A stretch of 63,422 nt of DNA, counting the filler, from Stramenopiles sp. TOSAG23-2 (lineage: Eukaryota): assembly GCA_900128395.1 (NCBI GenBank). It is 4 parts of 4 records of this genome, joined end to end, with 100 filler letters (N's around TTAATTAATTAA, not from the genome) between each part and the next. Parts side by side here need not be neighbours in the genome. Positions count along the whole stretch, not along the records: positions 1 to 29,953 come from LT649385.1; 3 more parts are not named here. One strand, given 5' to 3'. Position 1 is the stretch's first letter. Each line of letters opens with the position of its first letter. This document shows, one piece after another, positions 1-11,302 of this stretch. The notes under the pieces were generated by a model. The model worked only from the letters and a program-made list of their open reading frames with translations. It was not told where the DNA came from and searched no databases. A program made the translations under genes and the position numbers.

Positions 1-672
1 TATTGAGAATGCGAATAGTATGGGAATAGCATTGAACACTAATAGAAACTTTTACTGACAAAGAATGTCAGTATTTATATTTATAGATAGATATGAAAAT
101 TTTAAATATAGATTTATACACACAGACTTTATTATGGTTTGTAACAACGAATTTTTCGTCCAGTTAATTTCCGTTTTTGACGAATTATTTGCTGTCTTTT
201 TTTCTGGAAGATCACTAATTTTTTCCGCAAAATACTCCGGGAAATCGCTATTCTAATTCTCCGGCCCAATTTTACTTATAAATTTTTTAAATTCTTAATG
301 AACTTAATAATAATAATAAATGTATGTTTTTTTATTCAACACGCAAAAAGGGTATAAAATTAAAAATTGAAAAATTGACCCGTGTCCAAAAATAAATAAT
401 CCAATGTTTCTTTTCCCCATAAAATTTGTCCAAAAGGAGTATATACAATATGGCATTCTTGTTGTATTTTTTCTTGGTTATCGTTGTTTAAGGGGCATCT
501 GGTGCGCCGTCATCGTCAACAACTTGACTGTTGATGTCATTGTAATCAGGAGTAATAGTATGATAATGCATAAATTTGTTAAATATTTTTATATCATACT
601 TTTTTTGTGATATAATTTTCTTCTTTTTTAATTAAAAATATATATGTGTTTTAATATATATATGAATACTCT

Positions 673-2487
673 CTACAATTCATTATAATCACTGTTGTTT
701 GGTAATTCTACATTTGAATTACGGCGGGAATTTCTTTCGTCAATTTCTTTTTTACAACATTTTTGTGAAAGAAACTTGCTAACTTTTGGAGCATGTTTAG
801 TAAAAAGTAATACTGCTCTATAAATAATAGATGCCTGTGTAAGCAAAAGAGTAACCAAAACTCGTAACGTATACATTTTGCTATTAACAATAAGCATTTG
901 TATTGGTGCAAGATTTATACGTTTCAATAGCTCACTATTAGGCCATAGCTGAGCGGAAGGCAAGTCACAAGGTTTTTCCTCAAAATTATAGACATTAATT
1001 GCTGTATAAATATAATCTATTGTATGTGACGATAACGACAGATCTGTTGTATTTGTTGAAAACAATGTAAAGTATTTCCTTATATCGTCGATGGGTGGAA
1101 AAGGTAGATCATTCCCAATCTTGCCAATTGGATACTTGATTGGAAAAGATATTCCTTTTCTACTATCCCCCTCTAAGTCTACTACAGATAATTTGAGAAC
1201 CATTCCCCTGTTTGTGGCATAATAGAGATTAGTACCAGCACTAGAATCGTAGAACTCAGTCACTATCGGTGACTGGAAATTTATCTTGAAGTTTCCACTT
1301 GTTTCCCTAACCATTATGCGATACACATAAATTTGTGTGTTTGTCGATATAACAACATCTGATATTCCAATTGCAATCATACTATTTATTGGTTCGTTGA
1401 TACCAGTGTACGCTGAAAAGAAACTTTGGTTTATCGGGTATAGAATACAATCATCTGTATTTTGAATTGTATATATCTTTCCTCTTCGAGAACCAAATGC
1501 AGCAAAAATATAAACACGCCCCGCGGCAGTTAAATGCGTCTCTCCTGGCAAATTTGTTGACTTCATGTTTGTTATATTATGTAAATCAACACAATAAATG
1601 GTATCTTGGTTCGCAAAAAAGCCTGTGTTCTTTTGATTCTTATTGTTTAATTGTATATTAGCTAAACCATAATCTAAATGTCGTCCGTTTTTACCTTCAA
1701 TATGTGACTTCATTTCTAGCTTCATAGAATCCAAATGAATTTTATAAATGTAGCCATCGCTACTACCAAAATATCCATATCTGTCATACTGGGCCTGTCC
1801 TTGAAACGCTATTTTAATTTCACCAGCCTGTACAGGTATATGCCTAATTTTTTGACATGTACTCAAATTAAATTCATAAACAGCACCATTACAACCAAGA
1901 TAAGCAATTCCATTTGCTTCAACGACAAATGCTGAAGCCACTGGCAATACTTCATTGGGTAGGGGTAGATCACTGCAAAGTGTTTTATTTTCTGACATAG
2001 TGTCAAGATTAATACGACTTAAACCAAATCCAAAATAATAGCCCATACCTTTGTAATTAAAACTAGCTCTTGTGGTGATTCCTTGGAAGGATACACCTAG
2101 TGGCGCTATATCAAGTGCTTCATTTCCACCAGGACAAATTGTTGTATTCGTGGTTTCACCATTTTTTAGAGTCATCATCCCATGAGGAAACGCCTTGTTA
2201 GACTGACGCCCATTTCCATTTATTACACACCCATATTTATTATCGCAAGTAAAATTGAGAGGCATGCATGAATCTGTGGTAATCATCTTAGATTCTGATA
2301 CATCAGGATTATCTGTTATATGTCTTAAACAAAAGTATACAATAATTGCGATAGGTAATAATACAAAACTATTAAATGCGCCAAGGAGGGTTGGTTTTAC
2401 TATAACAGTAGCAAAAATATCCCTCTTGATCAGTTCTTTTTTCACATATTTAACATAATGCATCGCAGCGTACATTACATTTAACAA
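673..2487 (-). CDS. Uncharacterised membrane protein: two hydrophobic segments flanking a large Cys-containing, beta-rich (propeller-like) extracellular domain
   Basis: 604-codon ORF. Hydrophobic stretches near the N-terminus (FVLLPIAIIVYFCL) and C-terminus (LRVLVTLLLTQASIIYRAVLLF). Repeated blade-like units (AYLGCNGAVYEFNL, YGYFGSSDGYIYKIHL, FAAFGSRRGKIYTI). Start uncertain: the track uses TTG, the first ATG is at 2475. Confidence 0.6.
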   Translation of the reverse strand: MLNVMYAAMHYVKYVKKELIKRDIFATVIVKPTLLGAFNSFVLLPIAIIVYFCLRHITDNPDVSESKMITTDSCMPLNFTCDNKYGCVINGNGRQSNKAFPHGMMTLKNGETTNTTICPGGNEALDIAPLGVSFQGITTRASFNYKGMGYYFGFGLSRINLDTMSENKTLCSDLPLPNEVLPVASAFVVEANGIAYLGCNGAVYEFNLSTCQKIRHIPVQAGEIKIAFQGQAQYDRYGYFGSSDGYIYKIHLDSMKLEMKSHIEGKNGRHLDYGLANIQLNNKNQKNTGFFANQDTIYCVDLHNITNMKSTNLPGETHLTAAGRVYIFAAFGSRRGKIYTIQNTDDCILYPINQSFFSAYTGINEPINSMIAIGISDVVISTNTQIYVYRIMVRETSGNFKINFQSPIVTEFYDSSAGTNLYYATNRGMVLKLSVVDLEGDSRKGISFPIKYPIGKIGNDLPFPPIDDIRKYFTLFSTNTTDLSLSSHTIDYIYTAINVYNFEEKPCDLPSAQLWPNSELLKRINLAPIQMLIVNSKMYTLRVLVTLLLTQASIIYRAVLLFTKHAPKVSKFLSQKCCKKEIDERNSRRNSNVELPNNSDYNEL

Positions 2488-3213
2488 ATATGATAAATAA
2501 ATTTTCTTCTTGTTATTATGACATGGAAAGCAAGGATGGGTGCTTCATATAATTTATCGATGTTTATAATACGCTTGTCGATATCATATCTAACTTCTTA
2601 ACGCAGCAGTACTTTATTAACTATTAACTTGATAACTTGTTGGTGTATTAATATCTAGATCGACGACTACTATTAATATGTATCTTGAAGTTGTTGTCTG
2701 AATATTAAGGATTTTTTGGTGGTTACCGAATCGGCCCCAGCAAATCACCAATCCAGGATTTTACACAACACATCATTAACATTATTGCTGCTATAGACGA
2801 CTACTATTAACTATTATCTATTATAATATATCGATATTGAATATACTGTACTTGGTAGGAACATGAACAACAGAAGACGACCTAATTACGACTTTTGCTG
2901 TGAAGTTTTCTCACTACGTGCAACGTAAACCTGGTAAACCAGCAGACCGCAGAATAAACGTGCAACTATAATATACTATCAGTGATACTACTATCTATAT
3001 TAATATCTATAATAATATTTTGAAATTGCACCCTAAATATAATATATGCGTTGGTTATAATATATAAGTATATATATATTGTACGAGGTATCGTTTTTTT
3101 TTTTATATTAAAGTCTACTACGTTTAAAATATAATCTATCCACCTATATTACAGATTTAAGCCAGTTTAAAAAGCTAAAGTGTTTACTATACGTATATAT
3201 ATATATTTAAAGA

Positions 3214-3963
3214 ATGGGAAAACGAAAAAGTGCTGCAGCACAATTGGAGGAATATGAGTTATATGACGAAATTACTTCTGTGCCAGTCCCCGTCAACACA
3301 CCAGTATATGATAATTGTGATATTTTACGTGCAAAAATCGAACGGTTTGCTCAACATAGTTTTGTTACCATATCTAGATGGGCAGCAGTTCTTAATTTAA
3401 AAACATCATCATTGACATCATTCCGTAGGTTACATGGTAAAGGAGCTGGTGCTGGAAACAGTGTATATCAACCCGTTTATCGTTTCTTCGAACAAATGCG
3501 AATTTTTCTCGAGGAAGGAAAAACTCGAAAAAGAATACAGGCTGAGCAGAATTTTCCAAATGGATATCCATTGAGACATGACAATGGGCGCCGAAGAGTT
3601 TGGTCGGATAGCAATTACGATCCAGGTATATATGATATTGATGAAATGGCGCGTAGACGTCGAGTTCAAGGAATTCCCGATATATCAATGCCACAATTTC
3701 AAAGTAGAAGAAGAAGAAGAAGAAGAAGAGTCCAAGTTCCAAATCGAAGACGACGAACTGTGCACGAAGAGGAAGAACGCCAACAATGCAACTGGTATCA
3801 GTTGGCGCAAGTGGCATCAAGAATTCCTCCACGGGGTCGGGATCAAGCACGACAACAGCGAGAATTCATACAACATTGTTATGAACAGATGTACAATGAA
3901 TACAATAATTTTGCACGGTCGGGAAGTTCAAGTAGTAGAAATGTGAGACGTCGAAGATATTAA
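3214..3963 (+). CDS. Conserved hypothetical protein: small helical domain (PVYDNCD..R.KI / GAGN.VY...Y.FFE..RI), Arg-rich tail, probably nuclear
   Basis: 249-aa ORF with an ATG after an AT-rich leader. From memory, the N-terminal ~130 aa resemble an uncharacterised fungal/protist family (DUF7726-like; not searched). Poly-Arg stretches. Confidence 0.6.
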   Translation: MGKRKSAAAQLEEYELYDEITSVPVPVNTPVYDNCDILRAKIERFAQHSFVTISRWAAVLNLKTSSLTSFRRLHGKGAGAGNSVYQPVYRFFEQMRIFLEEGKTRKRIQAEQNFPNGYPLRHDNGRRRVWSDSNYDPGIYDIDEMARRRRVQGIPDISMPQFQSRRRRRRRRVQVPNRRRRTVHEEEERQQCNWYQLAQVASRIPPRGRDQARQQREFIQHCYEQMYNEYNNFARSGSSSSRNVRRRRY

Positions 3964-4572
3964 TTTATTAAAATATGAAAATGTATGATCTAGTCTATAT
4001 ATCCATGACGGTTAAGTAGTCTATATTAAAATAAAAAAAGAGAAAGAAGTCAGACAGAGATGTTGTGTAAACATTTTAAATAACTTCTTTTCGTTTGTGT
4101 TACTTCCGTGTGTAAATTACTTTTTGATCCTCTGTGAGCTCTATTAGGTCTAGTGTATAGAGTAATAGCTATAGTTTACTCTCGTTCGAATTATAAGACA
4201 CCTATACTTCTAATACTGGCAACAATTCGAAGAAGTGCAAATAATCTAAATCCCCCTTTATGAATAATTGAAATAATATATACTTATACTACTAGTACTT
4301 TAAAAAAAACAAAATAAAAAATAAAATCATAATGTACATATATATATAATTTCATCTCAATATTATTAATGACTTGTACATATTTAAAACTATTCAAATA
4401 TATCAACGACGTTCCTTATAAATCAAGAAGAAGTAGAGAAGTATTGATAATATCTTTTTAATATATATATGTAATTATTTTATACTACATTATTTTGGGA
4501 TTATTATTATTATTATTATATTATTGCTTATTTTAAAAGATATTAGAGATTTACAATTGAGAAATTACAAAA

Positions 4573-6387
4573 ATGAAAATAAATCAGTTATCAACACTGC
4601 CGCAATTACCACTCGTGCTCCTACTACTATTTCTATTCGTTATACCAACTCTTATTGATGCGGCAAAAGAATATGAAATGGATTTTTCAATTCAAGAGAT
4701 TAATGAAGAAATATATCATACAATGAATAAATTAAATAATTTAAAAGCTCGTCGTGAGGATTTTATTAAAAATGGATTTGATATTAATATTCTACGTGAC
4801 AATAAATTAAAGAACAGATACAATCAATCAATCGAAGACACTGATTTATACAAATATATTCATAAAGAAGATCCGCATTACAGTTGGAAAAATACAGGTG
4901 TGACTATCAAAGGTACATCTTTGTTTTGTAAACATAATTGTTCATTTACAGGATATCTTTTGAATTTAACAAGTCAAGGTTGGTTAACAAAAAAAGAAAC
5001 ATCATGTAGTGTATGGACACATCAACTAGTTGTCATTGTTCCAGATACATTGAATGAAGCCAATGAAACGACTGCATTTCTATATGTAACAGGAGGGGAC
5101 AATAATGATGTATCCCCGCCTTCAAGCGATAGTGACGATGTAGCATTGCCTGGAACAGTTGCTGTTGCTACCGGTACAATCGGCGCTGTGCTTTTTCAAG
5201 TGCCAAATCAACCATGCACCTTTGCCGATGATCCAGTACACGAGGAGCGGTCGGAAGATTCATTTTGTGCATATACATGGGCACATTACATGAACACACA
5301 TCCTAAATCAGTAGAATATGTAAGCTTATTACCAATGGTAAAATCTGTTGTTAAAGCTATGGATACGATTACCGCTTTTCGTAATGGGAAAGTGAAGCAA
5401 TTTGTTGTCGCTGGTGCTAGTAAAAGGGGATGGACAACATGGTTGACTGCACCAGTTGATAAACGTGTAGTTGCAATTGCGCCAATTGTGATGGATTTAT
5501 TAGATTTCGAAGCTGGTTTGTTACACATGTTCCGTAGTTATGGGGGGTGGACATTTGCATTTGAGCCATATTGGAAACAAAATATAACGCAATCTATTAT
5601 TGATAATCCTATTGGATTGGCTGCTCTAGGCAAAGTATTGGACCCATTGAATTACAAAGAAAATTTAAAAGTACCGAAACTTGTGATAGATGCAACAGGT
5701 GATGAATTTTTTATGCCGGATGATGATTGGTTTTGGTGGAAAGAAATGAGTGATGGTAGTGTAGGTGAAATTTACAGGTTGATGTGTGACAACGCTGAAC
5801 ATAGTTTTTCAACAGGTGTGTATGAACTCGTTACCGGCTTGGTACCATTTTATCATTCCATTTTACTTGGTTCTCAACGTCCAAAATTTGATTGGAAACT
5901 TAATCATATTGATGGTACGATAGATTTAGTTACTGAAACAACTCCGTTAAGAGTTGTTTTGCGTCAAGCAACTACATCAGACAATGTTCGTCGGGATTTT
6001 CGGTTAATAAAAGGTGATACAAAAACTGATCCGTGTAAATTTATTCCAGTCAAAGTCTTTGGCGAAGCATGTTTAAATCCAGTCTTATGGTGTGGATCTA
6101 CGATTTCACCATCTATTGAAGTTGTCCAAAATGGCGATATTAAGATGAACTCATATAAAGCATCTGTTCCAATTCCACCTGATGGTAAATGGAGAGCATT
6201 TTTATTGGAGTTATACTTTCCAACTGGTGCATCAGATGAGAATGATGGTAAGAATGCATTTATAGTAAACGGAAATCAAGAATTGACCCAGACATTTAAA
6301 TTTACAACTCAAGTCCAAATTGTTCCATATAGTTTTCCATTTAAAAACTGTTCAACAGCAAAGGAATGCAAAGGTCATCTTGTGTGA
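4573..6387 (+). CDS. PqaA / AprA-like secreted alpha/beta-hydrolase-fold protein
   Basis: Signal peptide. Family motifs LTSQGWL, FQVPNQP, LLPMVKSVVKAMD, VAGASKRGWTTWL (nucleophile elbow), DATGDEFFMPDD, NAEH. Confidence 0.88.
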   Translation: MKINQLSTLPQLPLVLLLLFLFVIPTLIDAAKEYEMDFSIQEINEEIYHTMNKLNNLKARREDFIKNGFDINILRDNKLKNRYNQSIEDTDLYKYIHKEDPHYSWKNTGVTIKGTSLFCKHNCSFTGYLLNLTSQGWLTKKETSCSVWTHQLVVIVPDTLNEANETTAFLYVTGGDNNDVSPPSSDSDDVALPGTVAVATGTIGAVLFQVPNQPCTFADDPVHEERSEDSFCAYTWAHYMNTHPKSVEYVSLLPMVKSVVKAMDTITAFRNGKVKQFVVAGASKRGWTTWLTAPVDKRVVAIAPIVMDLLDFEAGLLHMFRSYGGWTFAFEPYWKQNITQSIIDNPIGLAALGKVLDPLNYKENLKVPKLVIDATGDEFFMPDDDWFWWKEMSDGSVGEIYRLMCDNAEHSFSTGVYELVTGLVPFYHSILLGSQRPKFDWKLNHIDGTIDLVTETTPLRVVLRQATTSDNVRRDFRLIKGDTKTDPCKFIPVKVFGEACLNPVLWCGSTISPSIEVVQNGDIKMNSYKASVPIPPDGKWRAFLLELYFPTGASDENDGKNAFIVNGNQELTQTFKFTTQVQIVPYSFPFKNCSTAKECKGHLV

Positions 6388-6704
6388 GGGGAGGAGAGAG
6401 AAAAAATGAGCATGTTTGTAAAAAATTGTGGGTGAAACGCAATATACTATATATGTGTGCATAGAAAAGAGAGCGAAAATATACGTAGAAAATAGTGTAC
6501 ATAGCATTTTATTTATAATACAAAAACACTCTTTTTAATTTTTTTTTAATTTTGTGCAATGTTAAATGGGTGGGGGTGTTTTTTCAATATCATTATTACA
6601 CTGTAAACACTCTCTAAATTCGTTGCGGAAGTAGTTGTGTTTTTGGATTTTTAAAGATTTCTTTTGCTTCATTAGCTAATGGCAATTACTTCTTTTTCTT
6701 TGTA

Positions 6705-8855
6705 TTATTTCTCTCTCTTTTGCTTTTTTTGTTTTTTCTTTTTTTTCTTTGCAATTTCAATCAATTCTTCTTCAGACAATTCACTTTTAAATGGTGTGAT
6801 ACCATAAGAATGCAAAACAATTGCAAAAGTTTCACGATCAACTGTACCATCGCTAACATTTAAACCTTTTCCAACATTATTGTTCGCATTTTGACAAGAC
6901 ATTAATTGTTTATAGATCAATTTCAATTCATCAGGCGTATATGGTTTTGGTAAATTTGCTTCCAACATATCTTTTAATAATGGCAGATCAAATACTTGAT
7001 TTTCAGTACATCCAAATTGCTGCCAAACAGTTGTCGCTAACCCATGTAAATCATTATGTGCTTGTTCATACCATGCATTCATTGTAGTTGCTAAAAATGT
7101 GTCTAAATCTATTTTTCGATCGCTACCTCCATTTCTTTTTACTTCTAATGGATCCATTTCCATAATACTAAATTGTATTAAATTGTTTTCTAACTGCTCA
7201 TATATCGCAGGCGTTAATGCTAAGGAAAAATTCTCATATTTTACTTCAAAATTTTTAAATGTTCTTCTGCAGATTTTGTTTGCATCTTCCATTGTAATAA
7301 AGAAACATGCATCTGGAGAAATCTTCTCATCGTGTTGATATATTAAATTACCAGTTAATGCAAATTCAATTTTACCTTTCGTTAAAGAACTTAATATTGG
7401 CAAAAACGTAGATGCTGCCCTTTCACTATATAATTCAGGGTTCACTATACCAAGCAATCGACCGAAAAATGCAACACGAACATTGTAATTTTCCCCACTG
7501 GTGAAATGCTTTATAGTCTCAATTACACCATATATATACATTTGTATTACTGGCCACACTTCATAAATATCGATCAAAATATCAATTAATGTCTCGCCAA
7601 ATGATATGTTTCGATTTATGGTATCTTTCTCCTTTAAATTATTTAAATACGCTAATGTAGCTTGTGACAAAATGGAATATAAATTATTAATAGCAATTTC
7701 TGGAATTTCTGTTAATAATGTTTTAGATAAATTGCTTGAAATTATATAATTTTGTAATGGTAAAACAACAAACGATGATTGCAATGGAGATATCATTATA
7801 TATTCTTTTGGAACAACATCGATTTCTTGATTAGAGTTGTTTGCCGCTTCCATCGTTTTCTGTTGATTCTTGTTTTGAATAAAAGTATTGATCTGAGTAT
7901 GTATTTTTTGCTTTCGATGATTTATATGATTTTTCAATGTATTGTCAATTTGCTCCCATACTTTCAATGGATCATTTTTACCACGTTTTTTCTTCTTTTT
8001 ATTTTTTTTATTTGATTTTCGACCTCCACCTTTCTTTTTCTTTTTTGATGCTTCTTCTAATGCTTTTGCCATACGTTTCTTACGTTCCTTCAATCTGGCA
8101 CCACTTTGAAATTTAGATAATTCCCGATACATGGATTCAAAATGTTCTTTCAAGGCATAATGTTCATCTTCTAGTGTTTCATGCTCTTCATTTAATGTTT
8201 CTAACTTTGGTTTGTATAATAAGTCATTTAATTCTTCAGAGTGTACTGCTACCATTTCTCGTTTATGTACACTTTTCTTTAAATCTATAATTTGTAAACG
8301 TAATTTACGTATTAATTGCCTGTCTATATCTATTTGCTCGCCATATTGTACAGCTTGCTTTTCTGCAATATGCTGTCGCATCAATGCTTCATCCATGTTA
8401 TCTTTTAAGTCCATTAGTATACCTCGATTTCGTGCTTCCTGTTTATATTTACTTATCCATACTCCATTTTCACGCTTTAAACTTCGTATTGATTGCTCCA
8501 ACATTGCAACGTGACTACGTAAATAATCTTCCTCTGTTCGTTTCGGCGTTGGCGTTGGAGTTATTTCTCTTGGTGGTACTTGCTTTGCTGGCATTTTTCG
8601 TGGAATATAAGGCAATTCTGCTTTATCTTCGAGTGCTGGTCCATACTTGCGTACATGATCAGCTTCATCTAATCGTTTATGGAAATCTTGTTGTTTTATA
8701 TTTAAGTCTTGTTCAACATTGCGTTTGAATTTTTCCAAGGATATCGGTTCTAATGATTGTGACTGTTTGCGTTTTTTATCTTCAAATTTTTGATGTTGTT
8801 GTAAAGCAGCCGATGAGGAGGAGGATAATGATGCTGGTGTTGGTGGCAAGTCCAT
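6705..8855 (-). CDS. Uncharacterised coiled-coil protein with a helical C-terminal (EF-hand-like) region and Lys-rich tracts
   Basis: 716-aa ORF. Heptad-rich N-terminal half, poly-Lys NLS-like segments, C-terminal DGTVDRETF loop. Confidence 0.6.
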   Translation of the reverse strand: MDLPPTPASLSSSSSAALQQHQKFEDKKRKQSQSLEPISLEKFKRNVEQDLNIKQQDFHKRLDEADHVRKYGPALEDKAELPYIPRKMPAKQVPPREITPTPTPKRTEEDYLRSHVAMLEQSIRSLKRENGVWISKYKQEARNRGILMDLKDNMDEALMRQHIAEKQAVQYGEQIDIDRQLIRKLRLQIIDLKKSVHKREMVAVHSEELNDLLYKPKLETLNEEHETLEDEHYALKEHFESMYRELSKFQSGARLKERKKRMAKALEEASKKKKKGGGRKSNKKNKKKKKRGKNDPLKVWEQIDNTLKNHINHRKQKIHTQINTFIQNKNQQKTMEAANNSNQEIDVVPKEYIMISPLQSSFVVLPLQNYIISSNLSKTLLTEIPEIAINNLYSILSQATLAYLNNLKEKDTINRNISFGETLIDILIDIYEVWPVIQMYIYGVIETIKHFTSGENYNVRVAFFGRLLGIVNPELYSERAASTFLPILSSLTKGKIEFALTGNLIYQHDEKISPDACFFITMEDANKICRRTFKNFEVKYENFSLALTPAIYEQLENNLIQFSIMEMDPLEVKRNGGSDRKIDLDTFLATTMNAWYEQAHNDLHGLATTVWQQFGCTENQVFDLPLLKDMLEANLPKPYTPDELKLIYKQLMSCQNANNNVGKGLNVSDGTVDRETFAIVLHSYGITPFKSELSEEELIEIAKKKKKKQKKQKREK

Positions 8856-9633
8856 AATGATGATAACAATAATAATAAATTATTAGGTTTCTATGGATGG
8901 ATTTATATCTTCTAATAATTTTATATCGATGTTATATTCGTGTAATTTCGTAATGAATGTTGTTATATAGTATATATGGTATATATAAAAAGTCTGTAAT
9001 AAAAAGAAAAGAAGTATATAAGTGTGTTGTTGTTGTTTTATAATAATAACGGCTTGTGTTTTGCAACTTTTGCTTTAAGTTTTTTTGTTGTTGTTGTTGT
9101 ATTAAAATATTATAGTATGAAATTAGAGTAATGATTTTCGATAGGTGTAGAAAAGGATTTCTGGATTTCCTCCCGCTTTCCGCTTTGCTCTGATTTCCAG
9201 ATTTCCCGGATTACCATCAGATTACCAGATTACCAGGTTTACTTTCACATGATTTTGAGAATTTGATTCTGATTTGGAGATTTGTGTTTTTTCTATATTT
9301 TAAATAGCAGAGTGTAAATAGTGCTGTATCCATGTATAGAAAATAATTCCCTTCAATGAGCGTGATCAAGAGGTTAGCAGGCAAATACCATTATGAAATA
9401 CTATATGTTTAATGTTGGACAACACATCATCATGAAAATTGTTGCTTGTAAGTACTTATTATGAATTAAAAATATATATATTGATTCGTCGTCTCATCGT
9501 ATAGTCATTGGATACAAAATTGTATGTGTCTATATGTATATCTATTTATTCATTCATTCCTACGCAAACGCACACTTGTATATATATATATATATATATA
9601 ATCCAATAATTCATTGAAAAGTATAATACCAAT

Positions 9634-11245
9634 ATGAAACGTCGAGTTGATACAAAACAAGACCCATATGAAAATAATAAAATAAATAATGATGGACAAT
9701 ATTATAAAAAACAAAAGAAAATGGAAGTAGAAACAAAACATAATAATACTAATAATAATAAACTGTTGAAACAACAAGAAGATTCTATAATTATTAATAT
9801 TGATGCAATTCAAACAGAATATGAACATGGCAACAATGTATCATCTTCCTCTGATAGCGATGGAGGAACAACTGTTACTCCTAGAAGTGATACAATGTCA
9901 AATAGCGAAGGAGAAGAATCTGCAAAAAGTGATACTATGTCAGTTGACGGCGAAGAAGAAAATACTAATAGTGATATCGATAATAATAAGATAGATAATA
10001 ACCGTTCAAGCGACAACGATGATATGAAGCAGGATAAATCTGCTGCCAATGTTGCCCAAGCAAAATCATTAAAGCTTAATGCAAAAACAAATAAGTCGAT
10101 TGGAGTCATGTTTCTCAAATCAAAGCCAGAGGAAAAGAAACGTTTTAATTTATCAGCAAAAAAAAATACAAACGGAGTATTAGGAAATAGCGTCAGTTCG
10201 ATATGGCCAGCAATATGCCTGGACTTGTATACGATAAATTATCTCAAAGAAGAATATTTTGAGAAAAACGCGCAATTGAATAATTTGTGTAATTATGCCA
10301 TTCCGTTAGGATTTATGAACTTAACAAATCCAGAAATTATTCCTATGTATTATCGTATCTATAAGCAATTGCCTTTACGTTATTGTATTCGTTTGTCGGT
10401 CTTTCGATGGATGGCAAATATGATAAAAGCTCGTATTATTAATATGAATAATACCATTAAAATGTCGTTGATACAGGGAATGCCAAACAATAAGAACCAC
10501 CAGGCGAAGAACCATAAACAAAAAGACGAGAAACACATGAAACATGTTACCGATGATGAGTTGCTAAATAATATGTATGTGAAATGGGCAATTGAAATGA
10601 AAATATTTCTAGATAAAATCTTTACCGATATACCAGAGAAATATGAGAACCCTGATAATATATTTGCTAATAATAATAGTAAAATGGAAACATTTATTAA
10701 TAATTTGAGGGCAACCCATTCTGTTAAAACACGTTTTAAATTCAGTGACTTTGGCAAAAATATATTAGGTAGTGGAAGCAGTTCATTTCAACCATCAATG
10801 CCACATGCCATCATACCAAATATACAATGTTCATTAGCATCGAATAATTTATTTTGTCAAGAAAAAGATCAATACCTTTCAAGCAAAAATAATGCATTAT
10901 TAGAACAACAGAAAAAGAGCCAGAGACCGGAATGTGTATATTTACACGAGAAAGAAAAGTCAACAAGTAGTGATCCGTTAGGCGCATTTCCTTTCGATTT
11001 ACAGGAGTTAAAGCTGGTACGGCATAATATATTGTCACATTTAGCTGGATGGCCAGAAGGAGCAGCAATGTTTGGATTACATCAATTATTTGGTACTAAT
11101 GAAAATAAATATTTCCAAGCTGTTGTTGGTAAGATTTTGATATTTGTAAATAGAATGATAAATCGTTACAATAATATTAATATTATTCGAAACAATAATA
11201 ATAATTATAATAATAGCAATGCAAAAAATATCAATAATAATGGTC

Positions 11246-11302
<57 letters not shown>

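Noticed and set aside
363-378. Two tandem AAAATTGA (Mimivirus early-promoter motif)
   Set aside because: Expected by chance in such AT-rich DNA, and no convincing plus-strand gene or viral marker follows.
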